From Candidatus Bathyarchaeota archaeon (GTDB taxonomy: Archaea > Thermoproteota > Bathyarchaeia > 40CM-2-53-6), in contig CAWHWX010000001.1 of NCBI GenBank assembly GCA_963833125.1, positions 1-64,000 of the forward strand: a stretch of DNA of 64,000 bases. The letters are read 5' to 3'. The translations under genes were made by a program, and so were the position numbers. Shown piece after piece: positions 9,675 to 20,578 of this stretch; position 1 is the first letter of the stretch; every line of letters starts with the position of its first letter. The notes under the pieces are model-generated. The model was not told where the DNA came from, did no database searches, and saw nothing but the letters and a program-made list of their open reading frames with translations.

Positions 9675-10829
9675 ATGCGTGTAGTCGGATTCATGTCAGG
9701 CACGTCCCTAGACGGATTAAGCATAGCATACGTGGAAATCGACGGGGCAAAACCACCCTTTTCATCAAAATTCATCGCGGGCAGAACATTTCCACTACCT
9801 GCCAATTTACGAGTACCCCTCCTCAAGTTAGCTCAGTCCGGAACTGTCACGTCACAAACTGTGGCAAACTGCAATCGTGAGTTGGGTATCCTGGCCGCCG
9901 ATTCATTAGAAATTTTGCTACGAGATCAGTCTTTGCAGCCACCAGAGCTAATTGGCTTCCATGGACAGACAATCTACCACCAGCCAAGTACCGATGGAAC
10001 GACAACATTACAGATTGGCGATCCATCGCCTCTTTGCTCTAGGTTCAATGTTCCAGTCGTATCAGATTTCAGGAGCATGGACACAGCCGTAAATGGACAA
10101 GGGGGGCCACTCGTTTCGGTCGTTGACTACCTCAAGTATCGCTCCGATAATGAGACGCGAGTAATTCTGAACTTGGGCGGGATCTCGAATTTTACAGTAC
10201 TGCCGCGGGGCTGCGACTTGGCTGGCGTCTTAGGTTTTGATGTAGGTCCCGCAAGCATCCTGATCGACGCCGTTGTTGACCAACTCACCCACAGTAAGTC
10301 AAAGTATGACGCTGAAGGTGAAATGGCATCACGAGGAAGCGTCTCGAAAGGGCTGCTTGACTCAATCATGCAAGCCGACGATTATCGATACCTGCCGTAT
10401 CCGAAGACGACCGGCCGCGAAAGGTATGGGCTCAGTGTCGTGGAGAAAATTCTGAACAAAGCAAAGGGGTTGAACTTAGACCCAGATGACATTGTGGCGA
10501 CGACGGCGTACTATACTGTGTTCATGATTACGTATCATCTCAAGAAACTCAAAGACAGTGGACTGACCCTGGATGAGTTGATTATTGGTGGGGGCGGTTC
10601 AGGAAACAAATATCTTGTTCAAGAGTTAAAACGGAACAATCCGGAATTGATTGTTAAATTCCATTCCGATTATGGGGTACCTTCAAGCTACTGGGAAAGC
10701 TATGCTTTCGCCGTACTCTCGTATCTGGCGCATCTCGGTTTTTCAGGAAATGTACCATCCGTAACAGGAGCTTCGAGACCCGTCTTGCTGGGCCGCACCA
10801 ATTTTCCTGCTGAACACATCCTCTCCTAA
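9675..10829 (+). CDS. anmK: Anhydro-N-acetylmuramic acid kinase
   Basis: GFMSGTSLDG, IGFHGQTIYH, DFRSMD...GQGGPL, LNLGGISN, FDVGP, PKTTGRE, GGGG and ESYAFA...GNVPSVTGA are all diagnostic AnmK motifs. Confidence 0.95.
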   Translation: MRVVGFMSGTSLDGLSIAYVEIDGAKPPFSSKFIAGRTFPLPANLRVPLLKLAQSGTVTSQTVANCNRELGILAADSLEILLRDQSLQPPELIGFHGQTIYHQPSTDGTTTLQIGDPSPLCSRFNVPVVSDFRSMDTAVNGQGGPLVSVVDYLKYRSDNETRVILNLGGISNFTVLPRGCDLAGVLGFDVGPASILIDAVVDQLTHSKSKYDAEGEMASRGSVSKGLLDSIMQADDYRYLPYPKTTGRERYGLSVVEKILNKAKGLNLDPDDIVATTAYYTVFMITYHLKKLKDSGLTLDELIIGGGGSGNKYLVQELKRNNPELIVKFHSDYGVPSSYWESYAFAVLSYLAHLGFSGNVPSVTGASRPVLLGRTNFPAEHILS

Positions 10830-10862
10830 TCCACGCACCGTACCGAACTAAGCCTAACATGT

Positions 10863-11972
10863 CTAGGTTATGGCTGCGATAACTTCGTTATGGAAATCCT
10901 GTAAGACATTAGTCCATGACGTGCGTCGACGCATCATTATACCAACGGACGCGTCCGAGCCAGGAATTCCTTCTCGAACTGGATGAATTCTATTGGTTAA
11001 TAGAATTATGAAGGCGTTCCTGACCTTGTCCAGCCAAATGGACGTCCCCGTGTAGCCGTTATGCCCGTAAGATCGAGGAGAAAGCCTTGACCCGACCGCG
11101 GGTGTCAATCGGGTTTTCACTCGCCATCCAAGACCGTAATTGGATCCCATATCGCTCGTATGGTTCTTTACCATCAGTCGAATGGTTCCTTTGTCAAGAA
11201 TTCGCTTTCCGGCATAAGTTCCGCCGTTAAGCATCATCATACAGAATATCGCCAGATCACTTGCAGTTGAGAAGAGACCTGCATGCCCGCTGACGCCGCC
11301 CATTGCGGCAGCGTTCTCATCATGCACCTCGCCCCTAATCATCCTAAACCTCCAGTTCGAGAATTCTGTAGCAGCCATGTTTTCAGCGGGCTTTGGTAGA
11401 AATGATGTGTGTTTCATTCCGAGAGGTATGTAAATTTCGTCTAATGCAAATTGGTCTAATGATCGGTTACTCGCTTTCTGAACGATCTCGCCCAGAATAA
11501 TGTAGCCCAGGTCACTGTAAGTGGCCCGTGTTCCCGGCGCCGACTGTAGAGGTATACCATTACAAATACTCCTGAGAATGGACGTCCTGCTGGCTCGAGG
11601 ATTTTCGTATAACGGTGCCCAGGCTGGCAGACCTGATGTGTGACAGAGCAGGTGTCTGACTCGAACCCTTTTCTTGGAGCCTTTTGAGAAGGAGGGAAAC
11701 AGATCAACTACTCTGGTTTCCAATTCTAACCGATTCTGTTCGACCAGAATCATGATGGAAGTTGCTGTGGCGACGACTTTGGTTACTGAGGCTAGATCAA
11801 ATAGAGTGTCGAGTTTGATTTCTTCTCGCTCTGGCAATATGCTGCTATAGCCAACCGCCTTATTCATGACCATTGATCCGTTAAGTCCAACGCAGGCAAC
11901 TGCGCCAGCATACGCATTTTGTTGTGAGCCATTTTCTATGATTTTAAATGCCGAATCAAGTTTTGGTGACAT
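10863..11972 (-). CDS. Beta-lactamase/class C-like serine hydrolase, AmiE (MurNAc-L-Ala amidase)-like by context
   Basis: FDLASVTK (SxxK), LLCHTSG, YSDLGY, RGEVHDENA, GHAGLFS and GHNGYTG. Immediately downstream of murQ, as amiE/ybbE is in the Bacillus recycling operon. No signal peptide. Confidence 0.8.
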   Translation of the reverse strand: MSPKLDSAFKIIENGSQQNAYAGAVACVGLNGSMVMNKAVGYSSILPEREEIKLDTLFDLASVTKVVATATSIMILVEQNRLELETRVVDLFPSFSKGSKKRVRVRHLLCHTSGLPAWAPLYENPRASRTSILRSICNGIPLQSAPGTRATYSDLGYIILGEIVQKASNRSLDQFALDEIYIPLGMKHTSFLPKPAENMAATEFSNWRFRMIRGEVHDENAAAMGGVSGHAGLFSTASDLAIFCMMMLNGGTYAGKRILDKGTIRLMVKNHTSDMGSNYGLGWRVKTRLTPAVGSRLSPRSYGHNGYTGTSIWLDKVRNAFIILLTNRIHPVREGIPGSDASVGIMMRRRTSWTNVLQDFHNEVIAAIT

Positions 11973-11990
11973 CTGCGCTTGTCCTCATCC

Positions 11991-12929
11991 TTATGAGAAA
12001 CTTCTAGCGCGTTTGCCCAGTTCGAGAGCTTTCTCGAGCGACCCGTGCGCTGTTTTGAGGAGTTTCCGTGCTGCTTGATAGCCCAAGTTTTCCCTGGCCA
12101 TGAGTATTGCGACGCGAACGTCCACTCGGGCCTCTTTGAGCTTTCTGAAAGCCGCTTGAGATTTCAGGCCAGTTTCCGTCGCGACAATCCTTGTTGCTCT
12201 CTCTATCAGCTTCCTGTTTGTGGGTCTTAGTCCAACCATGAGGTTTCCGTGAACTCTACCAAGTCTCAACATCGCTACTGTGCTGACCATGTTGAGTACA
12301 AGCTTCTGAGCGGTTCCCGCTTTCATTCTTGTCGACCCAGACAAAACCTCAGGGCCCGTCCTCGGGCAGATTACGATATGAGCGTAACGGAAAACCGTTG
12401 AGTGCGGATTGGACGTGAGCGCAATCGCTTCCGCATTACGAGCCTTTGCAAACCTGAGCGCTGCCGTTACGAATGGGGTGTTGCCACTCGCTGAGATTCC
12501 TAAAACTACGTCCCTCGAACATAACCCCATCTTCTTGAGCTGATCTACAGCTGACCGTTGGTTATCCTCCGCACCTTCAATAGGCCGGAAGGCTGCTCTC
12601 TTTCCGCCCGCAATTATCGCTCGCACGATTTCTGGGCCAGCACCGAATGTTGGGATGAGTTCTGAAGCGTCCAAGACGCCCAGCCGCCCACTCGTACCCG
12701 CACCCACGTAAATCAATCTCCCACCTTCCTCCAGACGCTTGACAATCTGAACGATGACTTTCGCAATTACCGGAATCTCTCTTCGCACTGCGTCGGGAAC
12801 TTGCCTGTCTTCATCGTTAATGATTTTGAGAATTGATTCGATGGGCAGAGAGCTCAACCTGCGTGTTCTTGGGTTACTCTCTTCTGTTGCAATTCGACCC
12901 ATGCGGTTTTTCGAATATTCCATAATCAA
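11991..12929 (-). CDS. murQ: N-acetylmuramic acid 6-phosphate etherase
   Basis: TEESNP, YVGAGTSGRLGVLDASE, EGAED, GISASGNTP, GPEVLSGSTRMKAGTAQKLVLNMVST and GNLMV...TNRKL. Both catalytic Glu residues are present. Confidence 0.95.
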   Translation of the reverse strand: MIMEYSKNRMGRIATEESNPRTRRLSSLPIESILKIINDEDRQVPDAVRREIPVIAKVIVQIVKRLEEGGRLIYVGAGTSGRLGVLDASELIPTFGAGPEIVRAIIAGGKRAAFRPIEGAEDNQRSAVDQLKKMGLCSRDVVLGISASGNTPFVTAALRFAKARNAEAIALTSNPHSTVFRYAHIVICPRTGPEVLSGSTRMKAGTAQKLVLNMVSTVAMLRLGRVHGNLMVGLRPTNRKLIERATRIVATETGLKSQAAFRKLKEARVDVRVAILMARENLGYQAARKLLKTAHGSLEKALELGKRARSFS

Positions 12930-13060
12930 ACCGGACTTTCTCGCTGAAGACTTGCCTATTACCTTTGGACTAAGATATCAGTCGACCCGCGTGGGTCATT
13001 GGAAGACCATTCTCTTTAAACAGGTTCCCCTCGAATACATTTGCGCGTCTGGCAGCCTAC

Positions 13061-13995
13061 GTGACTTCGATGCTCAACGAGAAGATTCGGAGAATAATTA
13101 GAGAACTCGAGAAGGAAGGTATTCCTCCATATTACACAATGTCTGTCAGTGAAGCGCGACGTCTATCAAAGGATATGGGGAGGAGATTCGCATCTTCACC
13201 ACCGAATCTTGCGTTAGTCAGAGAACTCGTTGCGTCGACACCAAAAGCAAGAATCCTAGTGAGGGTCTACGTGCCGAGAGATCAAGTGGACCTCCCCGTG
13301 CTAATCTATTTTCACGGGGGCGGATGGGTTTTAGGAGATCTTGACACTTCGGATTGGCTTTGTTGCTCGATCGCACTTGCAGCCAACTGCGTGGTCTTCT
13401 CCGTCGATTACCGCCTGGCACCTGAAAATAAGTTTCCAACTCCGGTTGAAGACTGTTATTGGGCCGTGAAATGGATTACAGAGAATGGTATTGAGCGTTA
13501 CGCAGATCTAAGACGGGTAGCGGTTGGTGGCGACAGCGCCGGGGGCAACTTAGCCGCGGCTGTCTGTTTGATGGCGCGGGACCGCGGTCAACCGACCATT
13601 TCTTTCCAGTTACTTATCTGCCCGGTCATGAATCATTCCTTTGATACGGAGTCATACCGTAAGTACGCAGATGGGTACCTTCTCACGTTGAAGGATATGG
13701 AATGGTTCTGGAATCATTACTTAGCGGCTGAGAAAGACGGTCAGAACCCATATGCGTCTCCGCTACTCGGCGACCTCCGATCCTTGCCGCCTGCGCTAAT
13801 TATGACAGCTGAGTTTGACCCGTTGCGCGATGAAGGAGAAGCCTACCGGAGCGATTACGGCAAGCCGGCGTCGCCGTTAGAATGGCCCGATACGAATCTA
13901 TGATTCACACTTGGACCGACTTTTCTCATCTCGAACAGACCACGGCGGCAATAAGGGAAGCAGCAATGGCGCTTCGCAAGGCATTTGGAACTTAG
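13061..13995 (+). CDS. HSL-family alpha/beta hydrolase (acetyl esterase-like), indel near 13845
   Basis: HGGGW, GDSAGG and DPLRDEG. The catalytic His (MIHTW) is in the shifted frame. Confidence 0.9.
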
Positions 13996-14045
13996 ATCAT
14001 TAGATTAGTCGCTAGTCAAATGAATCCTAAAACCGCTTCACCAAT

Positions 14046-15206
14046 CTACGGATACGCTTGGATCCCTTGAACAAAAGTTGAAACGACGTTCAGATTTTTG
14101 TCTAAGAGCACGATATCAGCGTCCTTACCTTCAACTAGACTTCCAGTTCTAGCTCCCAGATCCAATTGTCTTGCAGCATTGAGCGATGTCATCCGTATGA
14201 CATCAGGAAGTTCGAGGTGTCCCCAAGATAGGAGGTTTCTCACCGCTCGATCCAAAGTCAGTAGGCTGCCACAAAGTCCACCATCCTCCGTGAAGGACCC
14301 ACCATCATGAACGTAGCCTTTAGTCCCACACAAATCGAACTCAGTCAATTGCGTCCCCGTGGGCATCACCGAATCTGAAACGAGAATTATCCCATCAGGC
14401 CCCTTTGCTCGGACCGCAAGAAGTGCGACGTACGGGTTAAGGTGAAGGCCATCGGCGATAATTTCAGCTTTCACATCATCGGAGACAAGAGCAGCCCCAA
14501 CAGCACCTGGCTCCCGGCCTTGAAGCCCGGACATTGCGTTGAACGTATGAGTGATGTGAGTTATTCCCGTGTCAATACCCTTCATTGCTTGTTGAAAGGA
14601 GGCATTCGTGTGACCCATTGCCGCAACAATTCCCAGACGGACGCATTCTCTACATAATTCCAACCCGTCCTTCAGTTCGGGTGCTATTGTGATAATTTTC
14701 ACGACAGGCTCGTAATCTTGCACTATCTCCTTGAACGCGTCGAGGGACGGGGTCTGAAGGTATTCCTCGCGATGCACCCCACGCTTAGAGGAATTCAGGA
14801 AAGGTCCTTCGAGGTTCGCGCCTGCAATTTTGGCCCCTGCACGAGGGTTTGTCATGGAGCCTTTCACGGCTTGTAGAAAACTTCTGATTTGCTGGGTGGG
14901 CATGCTAACGGATGTTGGTAAGAATGTGGTGATGCCAAACCGGACAAGCGCCTTCCCCATTTGAATGATGGATTCCACATCGCCGCGAGTTGCGTCGTAA
15001 CCACCTGTGCCGTGAATATGAATGTCAATGAAACCGGGTGACACGTAGTTGTCAGTCGCATCAATCTGGGTTATGCCCGCGGGAATCGCTGATAGGGAAT
15101 CCGTAATTCTCTCAATCTTCCCAGACTTGACGAGGACATTACCTCGAAGAATTGTTGCCGATTCACCGATCAACGTGCCGTTTACGATGGCAAAATCAGC
15201 GGTCAA
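14046..15206 (-). CDS. nagA: N-acetylglucosamine-6-phosphate deacetylase
   Basis: PGFIDIHIHG, FLPT, NLEGPF, TIAPE, MGHTNA, THTFNAM, IADGLH, LVSDS and GGLCGS. Confidence 0.93.
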   Translation of the reverse strand: MTADFAIVNGTLIGESATILRGNVLVKSGKIERITDSLSAIPAGITQIDATDNYVSPGFIDIHIHGTGGYDATRGDVESIIQMGKALVRFGITTFLPTSVSMPTQQIRSFLQAVKGSMTNPRAGAKIAGANLEGPFLNSSKRGVHREEYLQTPSLDAFKEIVQDYEPVVKIITIAPELKDGLELCRECVRLGIVAAMGHTNASFQQAMKGIDTGITHITHTFNAMSGLQGREPGAVGAALVSDDVKAEIIADGLHLNPYVALLAVRAKGPDGIILVSDSVMPTGTQLTEFDLCGTKGYVHDGGSFTEDGGLCGSLLTLDRAVRNLLSWGHLELPDVIRMTSLNAARQLDLGARTGSLVEGKDADIVLLDKNLNVVSTFVQGIQAYP

Positions 15207-15289
15207 TTAGCAGACGCACCACCATATACTCGGTGTCATGTAAACGAAAAGGGCTGTTTTCCAATGTACTATGGTCGGAAGAAGCTGCT

Positions 15290-16580
15290 TCATTCACTCG
15301 CCGGAGATTTAGATGCGATGGCGTCTTTCATGCGGCGGATGTTCTCTATGTTCGGTTCGATTAGTAAAGCTTTCCCCGCAGCTTTCACGGCAGCGTGTAT
15401 ATCCTTTAACCCATTCCCCGTGACTACGACCACAATTTCCTCGTCGTGGTCAACAAGGTTTTCTCGAATAGCCTTCGCTAACCCGGCGTAACCTGTGGCA
15501 CCGGCGGGTTCGGCGAAGACTCCTTCCTCTCGGCGCTAACTTACGCATCGCCTCGAGCACTTCGTCATCTGTTACCGTGAGGTAAGCTCCCTGAGTTTCT
15601 CGGGCCGCACGCACCGCTCTAATTCCATCGCGTGGGAGTCCGACGCAGATCGAATCTGAAATCGTGTGGGCATCTACAGGCGTAATGGTTTCGGTTCCTG
15701 CTTTCCACGCGTTGTAGCAGGCTGCGGCTCCTTCGGCTTGTACGCCCATGAGTTTGGGCATTTTCTCAATCCAACCCAAAGCCAACAGGTCGCGCAGGCC
15801 TTTCCATAGTCCTGTTATGATATTGCCATCTCCGACCGCTACGAAAATACGGTCTGGAATGCTCCAGGTTCGAGGTGGAATCTTCGACTTTGCTAGAGCC
15901 AATTGTTCGCAGATTTCCAATGACGCAGTCTTCTTCCCCTCCACCGTATACGGGTTGTAACCCGTATTCCTTGAATACCAGCCAAACTCCTTGGAAGCGG
16001 CGAGGGATAAGTCGAATGCTTGATCATACGTTCCCTTCACCAAGAAAACCCGAGCCCCATAGATCAGCAACTGCGCGACCTTGGCTTCGGGGGCGGTGTG
16101 GGGAACGAAAACTACGGCCGGTACATGGCCGCTGGCAGCAAGACCCGCCAGAGCCGCTCCAGCGTTACCGCTACTCGCCGCAGTAATCACCTCGACCCCA
16201 AGTTCCTTGGCTTTCGCTACAACCACAGCGCTCGCACGATCCTTCAACGACCCCGTAGGATTCAACCCATCATCCTTCAACCAAAGACTCCGCAGCCCAA
16301 GCTCCTTGCCGAGTCGTTCAGCGTTGTAGAGCGGCGTCCAACCAACACGCAACTGAGGCACAACCGACCGATCAACAATCGGTAAGAGGTCCCAGTATCT
16401 CCAGATAGAGAAATCCTTAGACTTGGAGATATCCGCTGGCGTCAGTTGTGATTTAATCTTCTCATAATCGTACAACACATCCAGTAGCCCAACGTCCCCA
16501 TGTTTGGGACAAACATATCGAACCTCGTCAGGCGCATACACGGCGCCGCAAAGAGAACATTTCAGCTGACTTACATTCAT
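15290..16580 (-). CDS. thrC: Threonine synthase-like PLP fold-II enzyme, indel near 15530
   Basis: N-terminal CxxC...C, GWTPL, NPTGSLKDRAS, ASSGNAG, EGKKT and VGDGN. The C-terminus EGVFAEPAGA...TGNGLKD is in the shifted frame. Confidence 0.8.
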
Positions 16581-16670
16581 ACGCAAACCATGACGGTGCA
16601 TTAGGCAGGTTATGTATTACAATTTTGATAAGTTCATATGGAGAGGAGTAACTCGCTCCTAACGAGAACC

Positions 16671-17054
16671 TTGGAAAGACGAATACGCATTTCGACGAAA
16701 GGCATCGGAACAATGGATGCGATTCTTACCACAGAGAATCCGAAAACTGCTGAGGAAGTCTGGAAGGCCCTGCCGATAAAGGGAAACGCAAACCTTTGGG
16801 GAGATGAAATCTATTTTTCCACTCCCGTATCCCTTAACGAGGAGAACGGGAGGGAAGAAGTGGAGGTGGGAGCCATCGCCTATTGGCCTCCAGGCAAGGC
16901 CGTGTGCATTTTCTTCGGGCAAACTCCTGTGAGCCAGCATGGAGAGCCACGAGCCGCGAGTTCCGTCAACGTTTTCGCTAAGGTACTTGGGGATCCAACA
17001 ATATTCAAGAAAGTTCGCAATGGTGACCAGGTAACCCTAGCAAAGGCCGACTGA
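16671..17054 (+). CDS. Cyclophilin-like fold protein (DUF369/TM1367-like)
   Basis: LPIKGNANLWGDEIYFSTP, GAIAYWPPGKAVCIFFGQTP and AASSVNVF. Confidence 0.85.
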   Translation: MERRIRISTKGIGTMDAILTTENPKTAEEVWKALPIKGNANLWGDEIYFSTPVSLNEENGREEVEVGAIAYWPPGKAVCIFFGQTPVSQHGEPRAASSVNVFAKVLGDPTIFKKVRNGDQVTLAKAD

Positions 17055-17116
17055 GCCGCTAAAGCGGAGAGAGTGTTAAGGGAACGACGGTAATTCTCCG
17101 CCAAGCTCGCCCTAAA

Positions 17117-18089
17117 CTATTTCTTAGGATTCACTGGATTCGGCAACGGTTCGCCTTTCAAGCCCGCAATGAGGTTCTCCGCGGCCATCATCCCCATCTT
17201 CGTTCTGGTCGTGACTGATGCGCTCGCAATGTGCGGCGCAATAACAATATTCTCCAATTTCAGCAGTGGGTGGTCGATGGGTATTGGTTCGGGTTCTGTA
17301 ACATCCAATCCAGCGTACGCGATCTTTCCGTCGCGAAGCGCCTCGTATAATGCCATGTTATCAACGATTGGGACCACGAGAGGTGTTGATGAGAATACAG
17401 GTTCGTTTCATCTTCTTGAATTGTTCGGGGCCGATTAGGTGGTGAGTTTCAGGAGTCAGATTCGTATGCAGCGTGATGAAGTCTGATTCAGCCAAGAGTT
17501 TTCCCATCTCCACGTACTCTAACCCTAACTCTTTCTCAGTTTGCGGCTGCTGCCTGATCACGTCGGAGTACATGATCTTCATTCCGAAGCCTTTCGCACG
17601 CCTTGCCACCGCCACACCGATCCTTCCCATACCAACTATTCCAAGAGTTGAACCAAACACATCTTGGCCAAGTAGAATCATCGGCCCCCACGTCTTCCAC
17701 TTGCCCGCACGCACGTTTCTGTCTCCTTCAGCGACACGTCGAGCCGCAGCCAACATTAACGCGAATGCGAAATCCGCAGTTGTTTCCGTCAAAACTCCAG
17801 GCGTGTTTCCAACCGCTATACCTCGTTTGGTGGCGGCGTCGACGTCTATGTTATCAAAGCCGACTGCGATGTTGCTGATCACTTTCAGCTTTGGTGCCTT
17901 GTCCATAAGCGGTGCGTCTATCTTATCGGTGAGCAGACAAAGCAGCCCCTCCACGTTGGCAATGTTCTCAATTATGGTGTCTCTGGGAGGAGGCAATTCT
18001 CCCTCCCATACCTTGGCATCACAATAGGAGTAGATTCGATCCATCGCAGGTTTCGGCAACAACCTCGTAACGTAAACTTTCGGCTTCAA
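17117..18089 (-). CDS. D-2-hydroxyacid dehydrogenase (glyoxylate reductase/D-glycerate dehydrogenase type), indel near 17370
   Basis: [44 protein letters not shown] and APHIAS. Confidence 0.9.
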
Positions 18090-18105
18090 GGATCACTCCA
18101 CCTCA

Positions 18106-19024
18106 CTACAGAAGGCCCCACGCCTTACTCCAACTTCTCTTTCCATTCTCAATAACACTCTCAGAAGTTTCACCTGCGCCTGGTTTGAGTTCGAAACCGA
18201 TCACCGGAGAGATTTCTTGCGGAGTTGAGGGTATGTACCCAATGCTTTTCAGCGCTCGCAGGAATGCAACAAGCTGCGGGACATCATTCTCTCCGCCTTT
18301 CAGGCCGAACCTTGGATGCTTATCCCCATATGCGGGATGCCCTGGTGTCTTCACACAGTTGCCAACGTGTATGTGAACTAGATGATCCTTGAGCATACGC
18401 AAGCGAATCTGCAGGGTTCTCATCCAATAATGGGGCGTGTCCCATGTCGTACATTAATCCGAAGTCGGAGAATTTTCCTCTGACTGCCTTCGAAACCATA
18501 AGCGCTTCCGGTGAAGGGCCTATGAGACTCTTCTTCTCTATCGTCCGATCGAACGTCTCAAGGGTCACGCTCACGCCTCTCTCTTTAGCGTATGAGCAGA
18601 GTTGCAGGAGCGAATCCACGAGGAGTCGGCGTGCCTCTTCTCGTTTCTCGGAGCCCGGATCAGGTCCACTCAGTACGGTGAAACGTCTCGCTCCGATCTC
18701 CTTCGCCTCGTCGATGAAGGGTAACAGCGTCTTGATAGTTTCGCGTCGTCGTGACTCGTCCAGGGAATTTAGGTCCAGTTTTTGGCTGAGAATAGGTGGC
18801 TGCGCCCCAAAGGCTACGCGAGCATGCGAGGTCTCGATAACATCGGCAACTTGCTTTCTTACTTGAGGATCATTAACGTGAGATACCTCGACCATTGAAA
18901 AGAAGTTGTCATTGACTATTCGAGAGACCGTCTCAAGTATCGGCCCCGACCCTGCCATTGTGTCGGGGAATATCATGAAGTGAACGATGCTCAAGTCCAC
19001 AAGAGGTTTCCACGAATCTTTCAT
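18106..19024 (-). CDS. Sugar phosphate isomerase/epimerase (xylose-isomerase-like TIM barrel), one indel
   Basis: Metal-ligand pattern LETFD...YDMGH...HIHVGN...GFELKP spread over two frames. Confidence 0.75.
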
Positions 19025-19099
19025 TTTTCATTCACCAATACTTGCGAGCGGGCTATCCGTTTGGGCTATTTATTCCTGGTTTTGATTTCCTGTTGTTGA

Positions 19100-20445
19100 T
19101 TAGGTGACTTCTTTGTCTGCTACTACGAGTGCTTTGTCGAGCGCGCTGACGCCTTCGTCTATTTGCTCTGGCGTAACTATGAGCGGTGGAGCAATTATCA
19201 TGCAATTGAGCCACGACATTACGTAGGTCCCATTCTTCATGCATTCCGCGGCGACTCGATCAACAACCATCGGTTTACCTTGAAGCTTATCTTCACGGCT
19301 GTTGAAGGGCTGCTTGGATTTTCTGTTCCGGACAAGTTCGAGAGACCAGAATAGTCCTAATCCCGCGTACATCGCCAACGGATGGATGCTTTTCTTGTAG
19401 AGCCTTCAGCTGCTTTCCAAGGTGTTGACCCATCGTCCGCGCACGCTCAAGAAGGTTCAATCGCTTGTACTCTCCAATTGCGGCAACCCCCGGCGCGAGT
19501 GTCAGAGGGTGGGCTTCGTACGTATGGCCGTGGGCGAAGTAATGCTCTTCGAAGTAGTCGGAAATTTCGCGTGTTGTGGCAGTAACGCTGAGCGGAACAT
19601 AGGCTCCCGTGATGCCCTTGGCGGTGGTTAGGATGTCTGGTTTAACCTTCCAGTGATTAACGGCGAACCACTCGCCGATTCTGCCCCAACCTGTCATGAC
19701 TTCGTCGCAGATTAGCAAAACTCCGTTCTGCTCCGTGATCTCTCGCAGAGCGCGGCAGATACTCGTCAGGAGGAACAATGACGCCATTGGCCCCTACTAT
19801 CGGCTCTACGATAACAGCCGCGACGTTCGACTCATGTTTAATCATGTACTCGATGTAGTCAGCGCAAACGATGCCACAGTCCGGATGCTCTAATCCGAAT
19901 GGACAACGATAACAGTAAGCGTCCGGTCCGAAGAGCACACCTTCCATTTTGCCGGCAGGTTCGATTGGATAACGGCGCGGATCTCCAGTAGCGGCTATGG
20001 AACCGGGTGTTGACCCATGGTATGACACATATCGTGAGATTATCTTGTACTTGCCCGTGAATAGCCTCGCAATCTTGAAAGCAGCTTCATTTGCCTCAGT
20101 CCCTGAAGTAGCGTAGAAGAACTTCTCGAGTCCAGGTGGCATAACCTCTTCCAGAGCTGATGTCAATCGTGCTCGCGCCTCAGTTGTGAAACCTGGTGCG
20201 ACGTAGGGCAGCTTCTTAGCCTGCTCACATATTGCCTCGATCACCGCTTTGTTCCCATGGCCTAGATTGCTACACATCAGCTGTGATGCGAAATCCAAGA
20301 ATCGTTGACCCGATACGTCAGTGAAGTAGCACCCTTCTGCGCTGACAATTTCCCGAGGAGTCCAACCCTTTTGCGCACGCCACGTTCCATACGTATGCTG
20401 CTTAGTTACATCTACGACATCATTTTTGTCGATTACTTGGACCAT
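19100..20445 (-). CDS. Class III PLP aminotransferase (taurine/beta-alanine:pyruvate-like), split by indels
   Basis: FLDFASQLMCSNLGHG, SGTEANE, SYHGST, EPIVGANG, DEVMTGWGRIG, TAKGIT, HGHTYEAHP and APPL. Confidence 0.9.
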
Positions 20446-20578
20446 TAGCTTCAGTCTCGCGCCTTCCAGGATTAATTTAAGCCTAATAGGGTTACTATCC
20501 AGTTCCTGCGTTAGAATTCTGGGCATCCAATAAGAACTACAAATCAATTACCAACCAAAATAGAATCAGTATCCATCG

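Noticed and set aside
10863-11972. Beta-lactam resistance gene
   Set aside because: There is no signal peptide. The GEVHDENA/GHAGLFS subfamily motifs and murQ linkage point to an AmiE-like amidase/esterase.
17064-17101. GCGGAGA...TCTCCGC inverted repeat between convergent genes
   Set aside because: A 7-bp stem with a long loop is too weak to call as a terminator or mobile-element end.
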